Origin: Podarcis pityusensis
Taxonomy: Eukaryota
Strand: one strand, 5' to 3'
DNA length: 64,000 nt
Assembly: GCA_964106645.2 (NCBI GenBank)
Contig: OZ067047.1
Part shown: piece by piece, positions 23,260-38,164 of the stretch
Layout of the letters: each line of letters begins with the position of its first letter
Position numbering within the stretch: position 1 is the first letter of the stretch
Translations under genes and position numbers: made by a program
Notes under the pieces: generated by a model
What the model was told of the DNA's origin: nothing
Seen by the model: only the letters and a program-made list of their open reading frames with translations
Database searches by the model: none

Positions 23260-26200
23260 ATTTAAGAGTATGTATAGCCCTGTGCTCAAGTACTTGACTC
23301 TGGGATTGGCTAACTCAGGCACAGTCCTCCTTGAAACCTCAACTACACAAGAGATAGTGTTATAACAGCATCCTTCCCACAAAGACCTACATTCAGCTGT
23401 CAGTAGGATATTAAGGTGAGGGACTTCCACATATTGTCGGACTCAAACCGGCCAAGCAGTCAGGGATGGTGGGACTGTCTTCTGCTAACCTGTTCTGTGT
23501 AATACTAAGAAACTGTCATAAGGAAAGGCCATACTGCCTATATGGAATAGCTTTTGTTTATCAGCCAAGTTCAATATTGCAAAAGGCAAAAAAAATACAT
23601 AGTGAGGCTTTGGTATTATTCAAATATATTTTATTAACCTGCATTCTAAGTACTGAACTAAAAAAATATTTAACTGGATTATCTTTGACTTTAAGCAATA
23701 TTGTCCTTAAATATTAATTCTGCCCCCAGTGTTTGTTCTTCCCCTTCTCCTGAGGTAAGTAAAGAGAAAGAGGGTATTCAAATTTTAGTAAGAGGGGAGT
23801 TATATTCCTTTATAAACCAGAATGGAATCTGAGCCACAATGCAGAATAGGTGCTATTTAGGGCAGCTCAACTTTTAAACAGGATAAGTACTGTCAATGTT
23901 GTATTTACTCTTATGAAATGGGTGTGATGTGAGAAATGTGTAATCCACAAATGCATGATGTGATACTGCTTTGTCACTTTTGCAACTGCTAAGCAAAAAT
24001 GTTTTTTCTAGCAGCATCTCTGTAATTTGTCACTTGTTCAGAAGTCACCTATGTTACAGAAATACCACATGAATTTCAGGCAGATGCGCATCACCAACTT
24101 TCAAAAAATGTATCTGCTATAAAGTGATGAATATAAGAAAAGGCAATGGGCTAGATAAAGGAATCCTTGCTAATATGATCACAGAACAAGTTTACTAATA
24201 AAAAGTAGCTGTTGACACACAAAATGGTGGTGTTCTAACATCACAACAACATGGTTTATTGTGACATGAATGAGCCAGAAAAGTCTTGGAAAACATTTAC
24301 CTTTAACTAGTCACAAATTCCTAATTCATCTGAACCAAGGAATACCGGTTTAACACAAACTATGGTCAGTTGCAAAACCACCCAGTTTCAAACCATGGCT
24401 TATGATGCTAGCTTATTTAAATTATAGTTACTTTAAATGAGAGAGACAGAGGATAAATACTTTAATGAATGAAATCCATTTTTGCATCAATGAAAACACA
24501 AAGAAATGAAAGACGGCATTTGTTTTGTTTCCTTGTAAATTAGGCTTAAGGAAGAAATGTACAATCTTGAAAATGAATATGAGTACCTGAACTTCAATAA
24601 GTGAAATCAAAACTTATTATTGAAATATTTTAAAACTAAATGCTTCCCGTGTTTTAACAAACTGTTCTTGATCAAGTAGTTAAGAAATTAAGCTGATGCA
24701 ATTAATTAAATGAAGATTAGCAACAGCGGTATTTATATTGTTATAAAATTGACATTCTTCAACTGAAGTGTATGGGGCATATTTAACCAAGTCATTCTCA
24801 GAGTAGACTCACTGACATGGATATGACTAACTTAAGTCCACTGATTTCAGTGGGTCTGAGTATGACTTAATCTGATACCATCCTATTTTTAGAATACTTA
24901 AATTTCCTTTGACTAATTGTATCTTTAATAAATATAATTCAAACATAATCTGCACCAATATATTAATATTTCAATATTAATTATCATGTAGCCTCACCTT
25001 GTTCATGTTTTCACATTAGTCTATGTTCAATAAGGCTTACTCCAAGTGAGCAGAAGAATCATTACTGAAAGTTAATTATTTTCTCAGTGGTCACCCCCTA
25101 AACCTGCACATTAAATGGAAATTCTGCTCTTTACCCCCAAGAAATAAATAAATAGGGCAAACAACCCATTTTTTATTTGAATACAGTAGAAGATGCTAAG
25201 CGGTATGGCAACATGCAATTCAAGCAATTTTACTTGGAAAGCTTCCCTGTTCGTTCCTCAGCTGTGGTGAATAAAAGGAGAAATAAAAACCTCCTTCTCA
25301 CAAAGATCCAAATTCTGTGAATTTCCAAGAACTATGGCAGAAATTTATAGGGGAAAGCTAAATATTGCAAAAGAGCATTTTCAACTATAGTCTCAGTTTT
25401 CACATGATCAAAATATTAGTCAAAGCATCTTTTAAAGAAATGTATGCTCCTCATGAGGCTGTCAGCAGCTTGGAACTGGCACAAAATCCCAATCCTGAAG
25501 CATTAATCCAAATATACTGATCTTCAACTGGTGTGTTGGGAGACACCAGTAAGTTGTGGACTGATCCGAGGTAGGTTGCAACAGAAGCACAACCATCATG
25601 CAAATATATGGTAAAAAATTAAGTAATGGATCCCAGAATGCATGTTTGAATTAAAAGTAGATCCTGGATTTGAAAGGGTTGAAGATAGCTGATCTAAGAT
25701 ACTAGACTCATATTTATCTCACAGGTAGCAATTCTCTGCTTTTCCACCACTAGATGGAGATGAAAACCCAGACATGAGGTGATACATTATGACATACCAA
25801 AATCCAGCAGACTGGAGCAGTCTAGTTCAAATAAATTCAAACACAGATTCATAGGAGAATGGACTTTAGTAAACCCTTCTCTAGCACACATTCAGGACTT
25901 CTGAATACACGACAAACTATCAAACTCTCTCTGATAGTTTCAATAGTTCGAAGCTCTTCACTGTCAGATGCTTTATACCAAAGCCAGATGGTGGGACACA
26001 GTAATCCTGCAACACCTAAGACTTAATTCTAAGAAACAGCAAATTAGGTGGCTAATCTGTGTCTCAACTGTACATTTCAGACAGCAGATATAAGCTTGCT
26101 GAAACAACTGCTCCTCCATGCAAAAAAAGTCCCTGCACACAAAACTAGGCGCCAGAGAGATGGGCTCTAAGTCAGCCTTCTCCCCGAAAGGCTAGTTTCC

Positions 26201-29200
26201 TATGCATATGAATTTTCCATGGGGGAATCTTACCTCCCCGCCCCACCTCTCCCCCACCCCCATCATGCACAATCAGAGGTAATGAAGGACAGACACAGGT
26301 TTATCACAATCCATCACCAACATTTATACTCCATCCAAAGCCAGCTAAACGTATGAAGGGGACCTAGGGGAAGTGGCTATAGTGTCCCCTGCAATGGCCA
26401 TACCCTTGATGGACTTATTGACAGGGATGTCCAGAGTTGCAGCAGAGGCATCAGCAGCAGTGGTGGCTCAGAGAGGAGAATGAGGTATGCAGTGTGAAGC
26501 TGTTATTGTGCATTTCTCTACGACCCCAATTTGGTATTGCTCCAGAGAGCTGCTATATGGGACACAAAACAGACAGCTCATTTGTTCTTCTAGACTGCTA
26601 GGCACTCCACCAGAGCAAGCAAATCTTTAAAGGGTCCCTATACAGCCCAGGTGGGCCATTTAAGCAGTCCTCTCCCTCCATTCCGCTCAGTGGTGAGAGG
26701 AGTTATGAACAACTGCAGTAAGTCAGGAAGCTGTCTGTTTAATCCCTTCCCAAAGTCCCTGACATAGTATCACTGGCAATCAACACAGTATCAGGGGCAC
26801 GGGAAAGCAATTAAACTGGCTCCTTTGCTGCAACTGCTCAGAGCTCCTTAGCACTGAAAAGCAAAGGATGAGTGGAATTATGAGTCTGCTTAGTTAAGAA
26901 CTTTTCCTTGCTGCTTGGTGCAGATAGAAGTAGAGTGACTGCAGAGAGCGCTGAAGTCTATTTTAATTCCTCACCCATTTTCCTGTTATGGCATTATTCT
27001 GAAGCAATACTACTTTGAGAGCGCTGACAGTATATAGCCATTGCTCCAGCTCCTCAGCAGTGCAGAATGGCAAAACGGAATAACTTTGCCCAGCCCAGAG
27101 CAGCAGTGGACTCAGCTGGGGCCCTTTGGGCTCCAGCATCTGACTGACCACATCATGTGCTGATGCCAGGCCCAACTTTCTATAAAATATTCAAGGCACT
27201 TAACCATCTCATCTGCTATCTGAAGTCTATAATTCACCTGTGCAGTGTAATGCCAGAGGGAATATAGAAGTCTTTTTAAAAAATAAAATGAAAAAAATTT
27301 ATGCTAAAGGGGCTGTGATCTCGTGGTCTACCTGCAGTAAGTTAGAATGTGTACACCGCTCAGTAAGCCTTAGCTTATTTTAAGATTCAGCTGTAAAGTA
27401 TTCCTCCAAGTTAAAATGATTATCGCCATCTCTTAAAGCATCTATTTTTATCTTATGAATCACACTGAGGTCCTTTGATGAAAGACGGTATATAAATCTA
27501 ATAAATAATAAAATAATATAATAAAATAAAAATAACCCAAGAGCTTTGGAAAGGAGGCATCACAACAGAAGCTGTTACCACTGGTGGAAGTTAACACTAG
27601 TTAGCAATGCCTTATTCAAACTGACTTCTGTAAAAATGAGAAATATAGGAGTACACCTGGCACACAGTGAAAAGACCGAAAGGGTTCTGGTTCAATCACA
27701 CTCCCTATGCATACTACCTCTGATGGCTCTAGAGTCACCACGTAAACTGGCCAGCTGCCAATTTCTGCAGAGGCTAAAATTTTCATTTCACACTCATGGC
27801 CAGCGTTATGCTTCGTTCCACACTTCTTGACAATGCACATGTAACTTTTCCAGTTGTTTAACCATAGTCAATTGGTATGAATAGGGTAAGAGATCATGCT
27901 CTCCTTTGTCTCCTACCTTCTGGAGGATGACTGAGCCTCACCTTTTATTGCTGCTGAGTAGGTATTCCTGCAAAGAGGGGAATGCAGCTCATGATAAGTG
28001 ATTCTAGGAACAGTTCTTTTGTTTAGCCATGGTTAAACCATCAGGAACATCATGTGTCCATAGGCTCCTACTCTCGACTAGTTTTCTCCTGTAGAGCTTA
28101 AGTTCTACTGAATTTTACAATGCTTGCTCTGTGCACTGAGTAGTTTCAGTTAAAAACATTCCAGAAACAATTACATTTCAAACACTCTTCCACCCAATGA
28201 TCCTGGGGTTAGATGGTGTTTAACACCTGATGTCTTCACCCTACAGACCAGGGCTGAAAATTCCGCCAAGAACATACCATTATTAAACATACCAAGAACA
28301 CATCATACCATTAAGTATGGTACATACCATACTGTACATGGAAACTCCTTTGATAATAAGCAGGTTTTGCATGGCCAGTCATTTTGTAGGACTAAGACTA
28401 TGAACCAATGAATGGGAAGTGACTGGTCCAAAGGAAAGGAAAATCTAGTATGACGCCCTGTATTCTGCCATGCCCAGGGAGAGCCAGGGGCCGTAGTATA
28501 GGACTTGCTTTGCATGCAGAAGGTTCAATCCCCAACATCTCAAGGAACTCAGACTGCAGAACTGAGAAAACACTGCCCTGGAGATGTTGCTGCTAATACT
28601 GAATGAGATAAACCAGCAGTATAGAGCAAAGTGGTATGCTCACACAGAGAAAAGGGTTTTAGTACTCAGTAGGTTCTGTTTTTTGCATCTCGGAGAGCTT
28701 TAAAGTTTTTTTTCTGGAATAACTGAATAATTTAAAAATACTTCCCTTCAATATTACTATTTCAATGACAACTAATGTACTGAAAAAGCTTCATAGGGGT
28801 TTTAAAATACATCAACATAGGAAAAACGGACAAGGCGCCAGCAGTCCAGCACTGGCCGTTTGTGCAATCTTTTCAAACAATACACTCTTTACAAACAAAA
28901 CAAAAAATGTATCTTAGCAATATAAACCCCCTTAGCAGATATGCAGATAAAGGAGACTTTTAATGTAAAGTACATTTGTACTAAATTCTGAAAGCTGCTC
29001 CACAAGTTACATTGTAGAAAACACTTGTTTTCTACTGCTACGTATGTGCAGCAAGCAGCCATCACCATTTTTGGATAGCTATTCTGCATTTCATGGCTCT
29101 CTTTTTGAAGTGTTTTGCCCTTCAATTCTCATGGTAAATGTAGACATTTAATTCTGGGACCTGTTCCCAGGTAGTCTTTGAGCTTTATATTTGGTAAGAA

Positions 29201-30580
29201 CTTCATTAGATAACAAAAGCATTTTGACATCTAAAATGATAAAAAAGACAATTCAATTCTGTAAGTTACTCTACGGTGTAACATAGCTAAACAGTCCAAT
29301 ACTGCTTACCTGTGTCACCTTTCACTTTAAACTAGGATCAATAAAACACAACATGATGCTGTCTTACAGGAAAATATCCCAATAGGTAAGAGCGTCACAA
29401 TAAAAGCTTACATGGCTCTGGAACCAAACTCCTCCATGGTAGTATAGCAACCTGGATGTACTGACATAAGCAGACCTTTGAAATGGGGTTTGAGTTTAGT
29501 TTAGCAAAAGTGTAAAGTACATGCTCTAGATGTAGAAAGCCCCAACTCTGATATTCTAGCTCTCTACTTCAGAATTTGTCAGGCAGCTGGATAGTGGGAC
29601 ACTTCTCCAGCACCTTACAGAGCAGATCTACAACCTAGGTGCCCCTTAGAACTAACCTGACCAAAGCTGAATTCAGATGTACACTTCTCTTTCAGTGAAT
29701 GATGCGCAAAATACTGTTAATTCTCTTAGACTCACATTTCAGCATCATTTTGAGTAAAATTATCAAATAAGGAAATCCTCCTTACTATATATTTCTCTAT
29801 GAAACCGAGTCACACAACTGAAACCCAGGAAAATCCCTTAAAAGCCCCTAGGCATCATCAAGACAAAATAAAGATGCCATTTCATATTCATATAGAAAGT
29901 GTCTTCACTTTTGAGCTTCAGCCAGCAATCATGCCACTGTAATTTTCCTTTGTTAGACTATCTCCTTATAAATCTTAATATCAGCAATGTTGACATCTAA
30001 TAATATTGAAGTAGCTATGAACTGTCAACTCATATGGAATTTGGTATTTATACAGCATAAGCAGCAGCAATTAACAAGGTCTGAAAAGATACGCCGGGAA
30101 AAGGGCTAGTATGCAGATATCTTTATATACACATACTTTCCTGGGTTTGGGAAGTCTGTCCAAAACACAACTGTGGCCCATCAACTGCCCATCTCTAGTT
30201 TAGGATTTAGTTATACTGAAGTTCAAATGAGTAATCTGAGATAGCGCTGTATACGTACAAGACTTGGAAAGTATACAGGTTGCTTAATATAAAAAAGCAG
30301 CTTAGAGAACAGGAAAAGCAAAGCATTTCACTTAAAAAACCCAAATGCACTGGAGCAGAAATAAATATTTTCTCATACCACAGTTTAGTTGCATCATCAC
30401 AGTTACTCTGTAAACCAATGAACATACCCTTAAATATGTCATTCTGATTTTATGTTGTGTTTTACATTTATTACGATTCAAACTGAAGAGTTTCAGAAAA
30501 AGGGAAGAGTTTCGGGGTGTGGAATTACATTCCCTGCAAATTCTAAATTAAGGTTGTGATCTAAGTAAAATATAGACAGG

Positions 30581-30582
<2 letters not shown>

Positions 30583-30616
<34 letters not shown>
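30583..30616. repeat. (AC)17 microsatellite
   Basis: Direct inspection. Confidence 0.95.
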
Positions 30617-30617
<1 letters not shown>

Positions 30618-32859
30618 ACATATGTTGTGTGTTACAAATGCTGTTAGAGCATTTAAACTTTAAGTGTGTTTAGAAACAAGTTACGTGCTTTGGCATGAGA
30701 GCAACTGAAATGGGACCTTGGAGAAATGCTGAAGAGATCTTACAAATACATCCAAACTTTGCGGAAATGGTTTTTAAGTAAAGCAAGGGGAGTACTTGAA
30801 AGGGAAACTTAGAAAGTAAGTCAATTGTGCGTGCAGCTCTGGATCATGACCAAAGCCTTCAGGGACTTGTAAATAAAGTGGCCTAAACACTACTGTGTGC
30901 TTAGTAACAATTATTAAGCCATTATGTAGAGCAGCAGACCACTGCGCTCTGTAAGCAAAGATTGGAATCCAGATTCCGCTTTTCATAAGGTCAGATAAAC
31001 AGAACATGGACTATAAAGAATAGAACACAGAATTTAGCTTTTGCTTTTTTTGCTATTGGGAGGTAATCAATTCCCATTTTTAGACCTGACATTTGATAGA
31101 AATATAGCAGAGTAAAATGAGTGATCTCTCCGTTAACATCTCTATGTGCTGGTAACTAGATTTACTAGCTAGTTCTATTCTAAAGCTCTGCTGTAATATC
31201 TTAATTTTTAAGCATTGCTCTTGATCTGCAATGCCCCCAAAGTGACAGGACTTTCTTGACAGGTACTGCCACATTCATAAGATATGGACACATATATTCC
31301 AGCAAATAAATCAACATTCTGTGGGAGGAAACAGGAAAGTCGTGAGAATAAAAGATCCTCACTGATTGCCCTCTTGTGGGCTAGCTATCTGTTTGAGCAC
31401 AGTAATTTCCCTAACAGCAATAATTAAATTAAATGTTTGCTAAGTATACTGGCAATGGAGAAATGGCAGAAACAGACAAGAGCAAGCATGACAAGGTATT
31501 AACACAAAAGGTCATAAAATGAACAGGTATGATGGTGATGATCCTTATGAACTATCATACTAAAGATAAAACTGTGCCTAGGGAAGCCCTCTTCTTGTTC
31601 AGCTCAGAATTTTAATGCTTTAATTTTACTTAGACTCTTTGAACACAATAATCTGATTTTCACTTTTATTTTAGTTTGGCAGAAATGATGATAGTGAGAA
31701 GATACAGAAAAACGGGAAATAAAATATATTTCTGTAAGAACTTGGGCCTCATCTTCACCGATGTTCTTTCCTTTTTCCTACCTACTTGGTCCCTCAATGG
31801 AAATGAAATCAAGAAAGCCTGCTGGAGTATCTAATATTTGCAATAAATTCAGATCCTAATCATTTGTTAAAGATGCAAATGCAAAGCATGGCAATGTGAA
31901 TCACCTTAAAGTCTTTGAATAGAATAATATTGTGTTAACTTGACAGGAAAGGAACTAATTAACAGAGATAAATAGTCTAATGTAAAATGAATGCAAGGTC
32001 CAGTGCATATACTTTACTGGACAATATATGACAGACCCAGCTCACCTTTGGAGGTCCAAACGATATGCCAGCATCCCCTCTATTACTAGATATCATGACA
32101 TATAATGGCATTGTGGCTATAACCTGCCGCAATGTCTTCGGCAAACATCCAACCCTGCACATATGTAGCTTACACTGAGGTTGGAACATGACCACCAGGC
32201 TATTAGCAGATGTTAACTAGGAAGGCTTCCAGTCAAGTGTCAGAACTCAGAACAGAAGCTTGAAAAATATGAACCAAAAAAACAAAATGTCTCTAGTGGA
32301 CATTGCTGGGTTTCAGTCACTGGAAACCGAGTTCATTTCTAATCTGTTAATAGGCAAGCTAGTTCATTGAAGGTCCCTGAAGTGTAGTAAAGCAAGCTCA
32401 CAATAACATAAGAGTTACACATTGAGACCAAATACATGGGCCAGCTGCTTTGACATCTAAAAAGTGATCAACACATTCCCTCCTTGTCCTTTTGTGTTGT
32501 ATCATTTGGATTGTAAGCCTGTGGGCAGCAAATGCCTTGCTTTTTACTCTGGGAGCTTTTACGGCTGAAGAGCGGGGTACAAATGTGTTATACATGTGAA
32601 TATTTTAAAAAACAGGTAGAACTATAAAACACGATGTACATATATATATACATAATACAAACTGACAAAACAAAACACCCAATACTTCTTTTAGTCATTC
32701 CTTTGGGAGAAAAGATGCACTCAAGAACAAGAAGGAAGTCGCATCATATTCTACACGAGGAGCTCCATAGGGATGAGTTGCAAGACTGATGCCATTTAAT
32801 TATCTTCTGAAGCAGTCCACACATTTCACAAAAGTCAATGATGATACAACACTGGAAGA

Positions 32860-33991
32860 GCCTAGAAACATAATGGGCTAATTTTCTGGGAAGGTGGTGC
32901 CAAAGGTGGTGGCAGAGCAACTCCCAAGTATTCCTGAATGATACTGATTATCTGGATTCACTTCAATGTGTCCCCTGCTTCTAAGACTGAATTGTCCTGA
33001 TTTATGGTCTTTATCAAGAGAAGGACAGAGAAATGTGACCCTTATTACTCTTACTAGATCTCTCCATGGCTTTTGACACCATTGAGCAGGATGAGTATCA
33101 AAAGGCATTGTATCACAATGGTCAAATCCAGAAATGAACTGGGGAGTGGGGGGAGAGTGATTTTGGCTTCCTAGCACTTATGTGATAGGATTCCACCAGG
33201 CACTGCTTTGTCCCTGGAGGGCAGGGTTTGCATTCCCTTTGATGGAGCAGGCACATAGATTGGAGGTACAGCTGAATACATCTTTGTCAACCAAAGTCTA
33301 AGTTTCCTTTTTTGCTTGGAGGGCTTTTTACCAGCTTCACCTGATCAGCTACAGCCATATCTGGATGGGGATAACCTGGCCATCATAGACCATGCACTCA
33401 AGACTAGATTACTGAAATGCACTCTATGTGGGGCCACCCTTGGGATTGATCCAGAAGCTCCAGCTAGGGCAGAATGCAGCACCTAAGATAGTTGATGGGA
33501 AGAGGTGGTGGGCAACATGTAATACTACTGCTAAAATATCTGCACTGGCTGTCCATGTTACAGGGCAAGGCTCAAGCCTCTTATATTAATAATAGAAGGC
33601 CCTGAACAACTTGGATTCTGAGTACCTTAAGGGCTGCCTGAGTTCTTATATGCCAGTTTGATCATTGAGATCTGGAGGAGTGATGTTAGTTGTTTCAATA
33701 GCCCGACTGCTTTTGATGAGACGTTAGGCATCTAGTGCTATTGGTCCCCCACTGGAGAATTCTCTTCCAGCAGATGTGGCAGGCATCCTCACTTCTAAGA
33801 TTCAGACATCTCTTGAAGATTTTTATGTGTTGCCAGTCCTATTCAATGGTTTACACTTTTAAGACGAGGCAGTCATTTTTACAATTATGCTGTATTGCTG
33901 TTAATTGCATTTTATCTCTTTTGTAGATCCTGCTGTACACCGCACTGAAATTTTGCATGTGAGTGGTATATAAATATTTTTAATAAATAAA
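32860..33991 (+). mobile_element. Degenerate L2-type LINE 3' fragment
   Basis: LLLDLS..FDTI, SRLDY*NALYVG, KLQLxQNAA and LHWL remnants, ending in an AATAAATAAA tail; borders approximate. Confidence 0.75.
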
Positions 33992-34540
33992 ATTAATATG
34001 TAATGTAACAACATTGAGAGTTCAGTAGCACATACTATGCAACTCGCCAACATAAAATTCAACAGCAAATTCAAAAAAATTCCTTCTTTCTGCATATTGA
34101 CCCTGAATTAGCAGGTAAAATCCCCACACTAATATAAAAAACTCTTGCAACTCCTAATTATATTATGACTTAATTTAGATAACATATTCAGTGTATTTGG
34201 CCTTGTAATCAAGTTTAGCACTGCTGAAAACAGTATTTTCCACTGGGAAATACTGTTCCTATGATTTAAAAAGAAGTCAATAATTACTAAAATATTTGTT
34301 AAACTATCTGAAGATAGCTTTCTCACATTGATGGCTAAGTCAGTGATGCCTGATGTCCACCATTTGTAAATAAAATATATAGTTTAGTTAAAAAAGTAAG
34401 TACATCAAAGACCAATCTAAAAGCCAAGAAAGATTTTTCATCCAATAAGAAAGGTGCAAAATTCAGGAGAAGGGCAAAGCAAAAAATATTTCATGCATAT
34501 TATGCCTCAGAAAGGTAGAAGCTCTGTTAGAGATGACATA

Positions 34541-35382
34541 CCGTATTTTTCGCTCTATAACACACACCCGACCATAACACGCACGTAGTTTTTAGAGGAG
34601 GAAAACAAGAAAAAAATATTCTAAACAAAACAGTGGATGTATGATTTTTGTGGTTCATGCTGTGGCCACAGACATGTGATCTGACAGTGAATTTGGGGTG
34701 ACCCAGTGCAAAAATCCTGAGGATCCATGTGGATCCATGCTTTGTAACCACGTTTTAAGTGGGGAGGGAAGGAAAAGCACTCAAGGGACAAGGAACACGC
34801 GTGGGGTGTGTGGAGAAGGATGCTGCTAATAATGCAGAAGAGGGGTTTAAGGGGAGAAGAAGCACGTGTGTGGTGGGTGGAGAAGGATGCTGCTAATAAT
34901 GAAGAAGAGGGGTATAAGGGGAGAAGGCTCCTCTCCTCTCCCACTTTGCTCCTTTAAAGCAAGCAGGCTCTGCTTTTCTCCCTCCTCCCCGCTCATCCCC
35001 AGCTTAGCGAGCTGAAAAACTTTGCTGCTATTTAGTGAGCTGAGTGGGGAGGAGAGAGGGACAGAGAGCCTGCTTGCTTTAAAGAAGCCAACCGGACAGG
35101 AGCTGCTTACACTCGTGTAAGCGGCTCCTCTCCTCTCCCGCTTTGCTCCTTTAAAGAAGCAGGCTCTCTGTCCCTCTCTCCTCCCCACTCAGCGGCTCTT
35201 CTCCCTCTTTGCTGTTTCAAAGCGAGCCACGGAGGAGGAAAGGAAGGGGAACCATGGATCCTCTGCTCACGACTGCAGCAGATCCCCCCGCCATCCGTAG
35301 GCATTCCCTCCATAACACGCACTGACATTTCCCCTTACTTTCTAGGAGGAAAAAAGTGAGTGTTATGGTGCAAAAAATACGG
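34541..35382. mobile_element. Non-autonomous Tc1/mariner (pogo/Tc2-like) DNA transposon
   Basis: TA|CCGTATTTTTCGC...GCAAAAAATACGG|TA; internal tandem duplication (ggagaaggatgctgctaataatg x2) and inverted subterminal repeats. Confidence 0.85.
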
Positions 35383-36213
35383 TAATTATTTAAGGACATC
35401 TGTCTTCTCCTAAAATGGAGCGCATAATTGGAAAACTAATAGGCACATACATCATAAAGCCAAGACATTTCTTCAAGAGTCAAGGGGAAGGTTAATACAA
35501 TATGCAGAAAGTTAAGATATTGAAAGCTGCTAGAATGCTCATTAGAAACAATGTTTTCAACATCAAAATATCCATAACCTAGCAAGGAATGGTAACTAGT
35601 CACAACTTCCAAGTTGCCTTAGCAATTACTAAACTTACTACACTTAATTGGAAATCCCAGGCTTTTCATTTTTTGATAAACTTTTCACATGCACGCATAA
35701 AGAGATGAATGCTTTTCAGCACAAGCTGTTTATGCCATACAACCAACTTGCCTGTCCCTGGTACAACTTACTGCAGAAGCTTTATACTTCATAATATTAG
35801 TTGCATTGTTTTAGTCTTCTAGCATCCCTAAAGCAACTATGACCACTACTACAATAAAGAGCTTCAAAGATCTATTTTTGAATCAAGCCTCTGAATAGCA
35901 CAGGCTAAGAATCTAAGTAAGTAAATTAGCAAATACTGTTTTCTGTAGGTTGTGTTCAGAGTTCCTAAAGAGTTTGTGTGGTGTAGTCAAAGCATTGCAG
36001 TAGATTCAAATCCTTACTCATCTGTGAAGCTCACTAGACCAGTCTTTCTCAGCCCACAGAGTTTTTGCAAGAAAAAATATGGGAGTGAAAGAAACAAATT
36101 TTACAAGTAGCATAATGTTTACTAAATCAAAGGGGGAAGAAACATATTTCATTCAACTACACTACAACACTCTACTTCAGAATATACCACGTATTTAGAA
36201 GGTGGTTTTGACT

Positions 36214-36534
36214 CATTGTTCCCAAACTTTTTTCTCAGGACCACAACTTTCAAAATAAAAAATTGCTCACGCCACACTGATTTTTTTTATTGATAAGAAA
36301 TAAATTGGAGAACAAAAAGAAACAACTCCTGGCAGTGCTTGATTTTGAAAAGGTATCTATCCATATTTTGCAAATGAATGAATGAATGAATGAATGAATG
36401 AATGATACTATACTCCACGATACTACACTGAAATGGTTAGGTGTTTCTTTGATTGCCCTTGAATCTTCCTGCAACCCCTTGCCATCTTCTCTGGCCACAC
36501 CAGTGTGATGTGCCACACCCTTTGAGAACCACCG
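36214..36534. mobile_element. Degenerate hAT-type MITE with an internal (AATG)n repeat
   Basis: ca(t)tgttcccaaac...tttgagaaccaccg termini. Confidence 0.55.
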
Positions 36535-38164
36535 CTCTAGACTTCTCTTCTACTGAAGAGCAGGAAATGGATTTTTCAGGCTAGGCCAGAGTTCAGAGAC
36601 TTCACACATTCAAACATCACTTCCACACTAACACAGCTGATTGTTAAGTTCAGTGATGGCCCCTTTTATCTAATGGAATATGAATGGGAGGGCTCTTAGC
36701 GGACATCTTTTCTGGGTCACATGGAGAATCTGAAATACTTCTCTGCATGTTTTTATATCCTGACATAATTACTAGCTTTTTCCATTTTCAAACTATATAT
36801 CTAAGCCAGAGTCAAAGCTAAGACTAAAGTGCCAAAGAAATGCTTTTGTAACCAGAATGAAGAGACAGGTGTTGTGACCATGTTACAGATTTTATGATAA
36901 GCTGCAAATCCTCTGGATTCCCAAAATACTAACATAAGCAGTCACTATCAGTAAGAAATGGATGGTATATAAATGTTTTAAGTGAATCATAATGAGAATA
37001 GAAAAAAAACAATAATTGTTACAGTAGCCAAGAAAAATAAAGCACAGGAAAACTAGTTTACAGAAATAAAAAGGTGCTATTACTGAACAATATTTTCCAC
37101 ACTGTTTAAGATATGGTCTGTAAACCCAAAACATCCCAAGGAGAAGACCACTGCAAGTTATGATGGAAGGAACAGGTTACTTGAAGTTTGCTCTAAAATT
37201 CCAAAAGGTATTATCATGAAGTGATGCTTGCTATGCCACAAAGTCTTGTGTGTGTCAGCTACGAAGTACACTCTTCCAGCGGGAAACAATAATGCCAGCT
37301 GGAGTGAAATGTTACAAAAATGAAGGGCAAGGGATTAAAGTGAATGGTATAGGTATCAGATGGCTTCATATACGGGATCATAAAGAATATTTTTTGCACA
37401 ATTTTAAATTTACTGGTTCATCAATGTAAGATTTCAGATACAATTGAAGATGATAGAGTTCAAATGGCAATGGAGAGAAAAGATATGGCTATTGCATTGG
37501 CAGCACCTTGGTTGATAAATTCCCTCCCCAGTGAAGTTCATCTGGTGCCTATATTGTTGTTTTTCAGACATCCGGTTGGGGCATTTTTATTCTCTCAGGC
37601 ATTTTAGATTATTTTTTAAAAAAAAGATTTGAGTGAAAAGGAAACTGAATGTTAATCACTGTAACTGAGTTATCCATTCTGCTGACTTTGGAAAGTGCAA
37701 GTACCCCGGGATATATATTGTATGAAAGCAGTATACAAATACTTCAAAAAATAAATAAAAAATAGCTTTTTCCTGCCATATATGCCAAGCATCATGAACC
37801 GGGACTGAAGAATTCATTTTTTTAAAAAAGTTAAAATGTAATCTATTTCTGCAATTAAGTAAACTATATATTTAAAATAAAGATCAACTCCACAGCATGA
37901 TCAAGACTGTCAATGTAAATCATAAAATCACTTTTGAAATAAGGATGATTGGACATATGATACTCCACTTTCCTTATAAAGCTCATTATAAGGCTAAATT
38001 CCAAGCTAAACATTTCATTTTCAAAATGCATAAAAACACATTTCCATCATGATAGTTACATTATCAATTCCAGTACCAAATACCATCAACCCCTTCTCGC
38101 TACTCTGATTTAGAGAAGCTGAAGGCATGAACAAGGCTCACTGATGCTTTCTCAGCGCACTTAC

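Noticed and set aside
38100-38164. ORF read-through into the intron (GKCAEK...SKSE*)
   Set aside because: Ordinary run-on past a consensus GTAAGT donor; no adjacent poly(A) signal noticed
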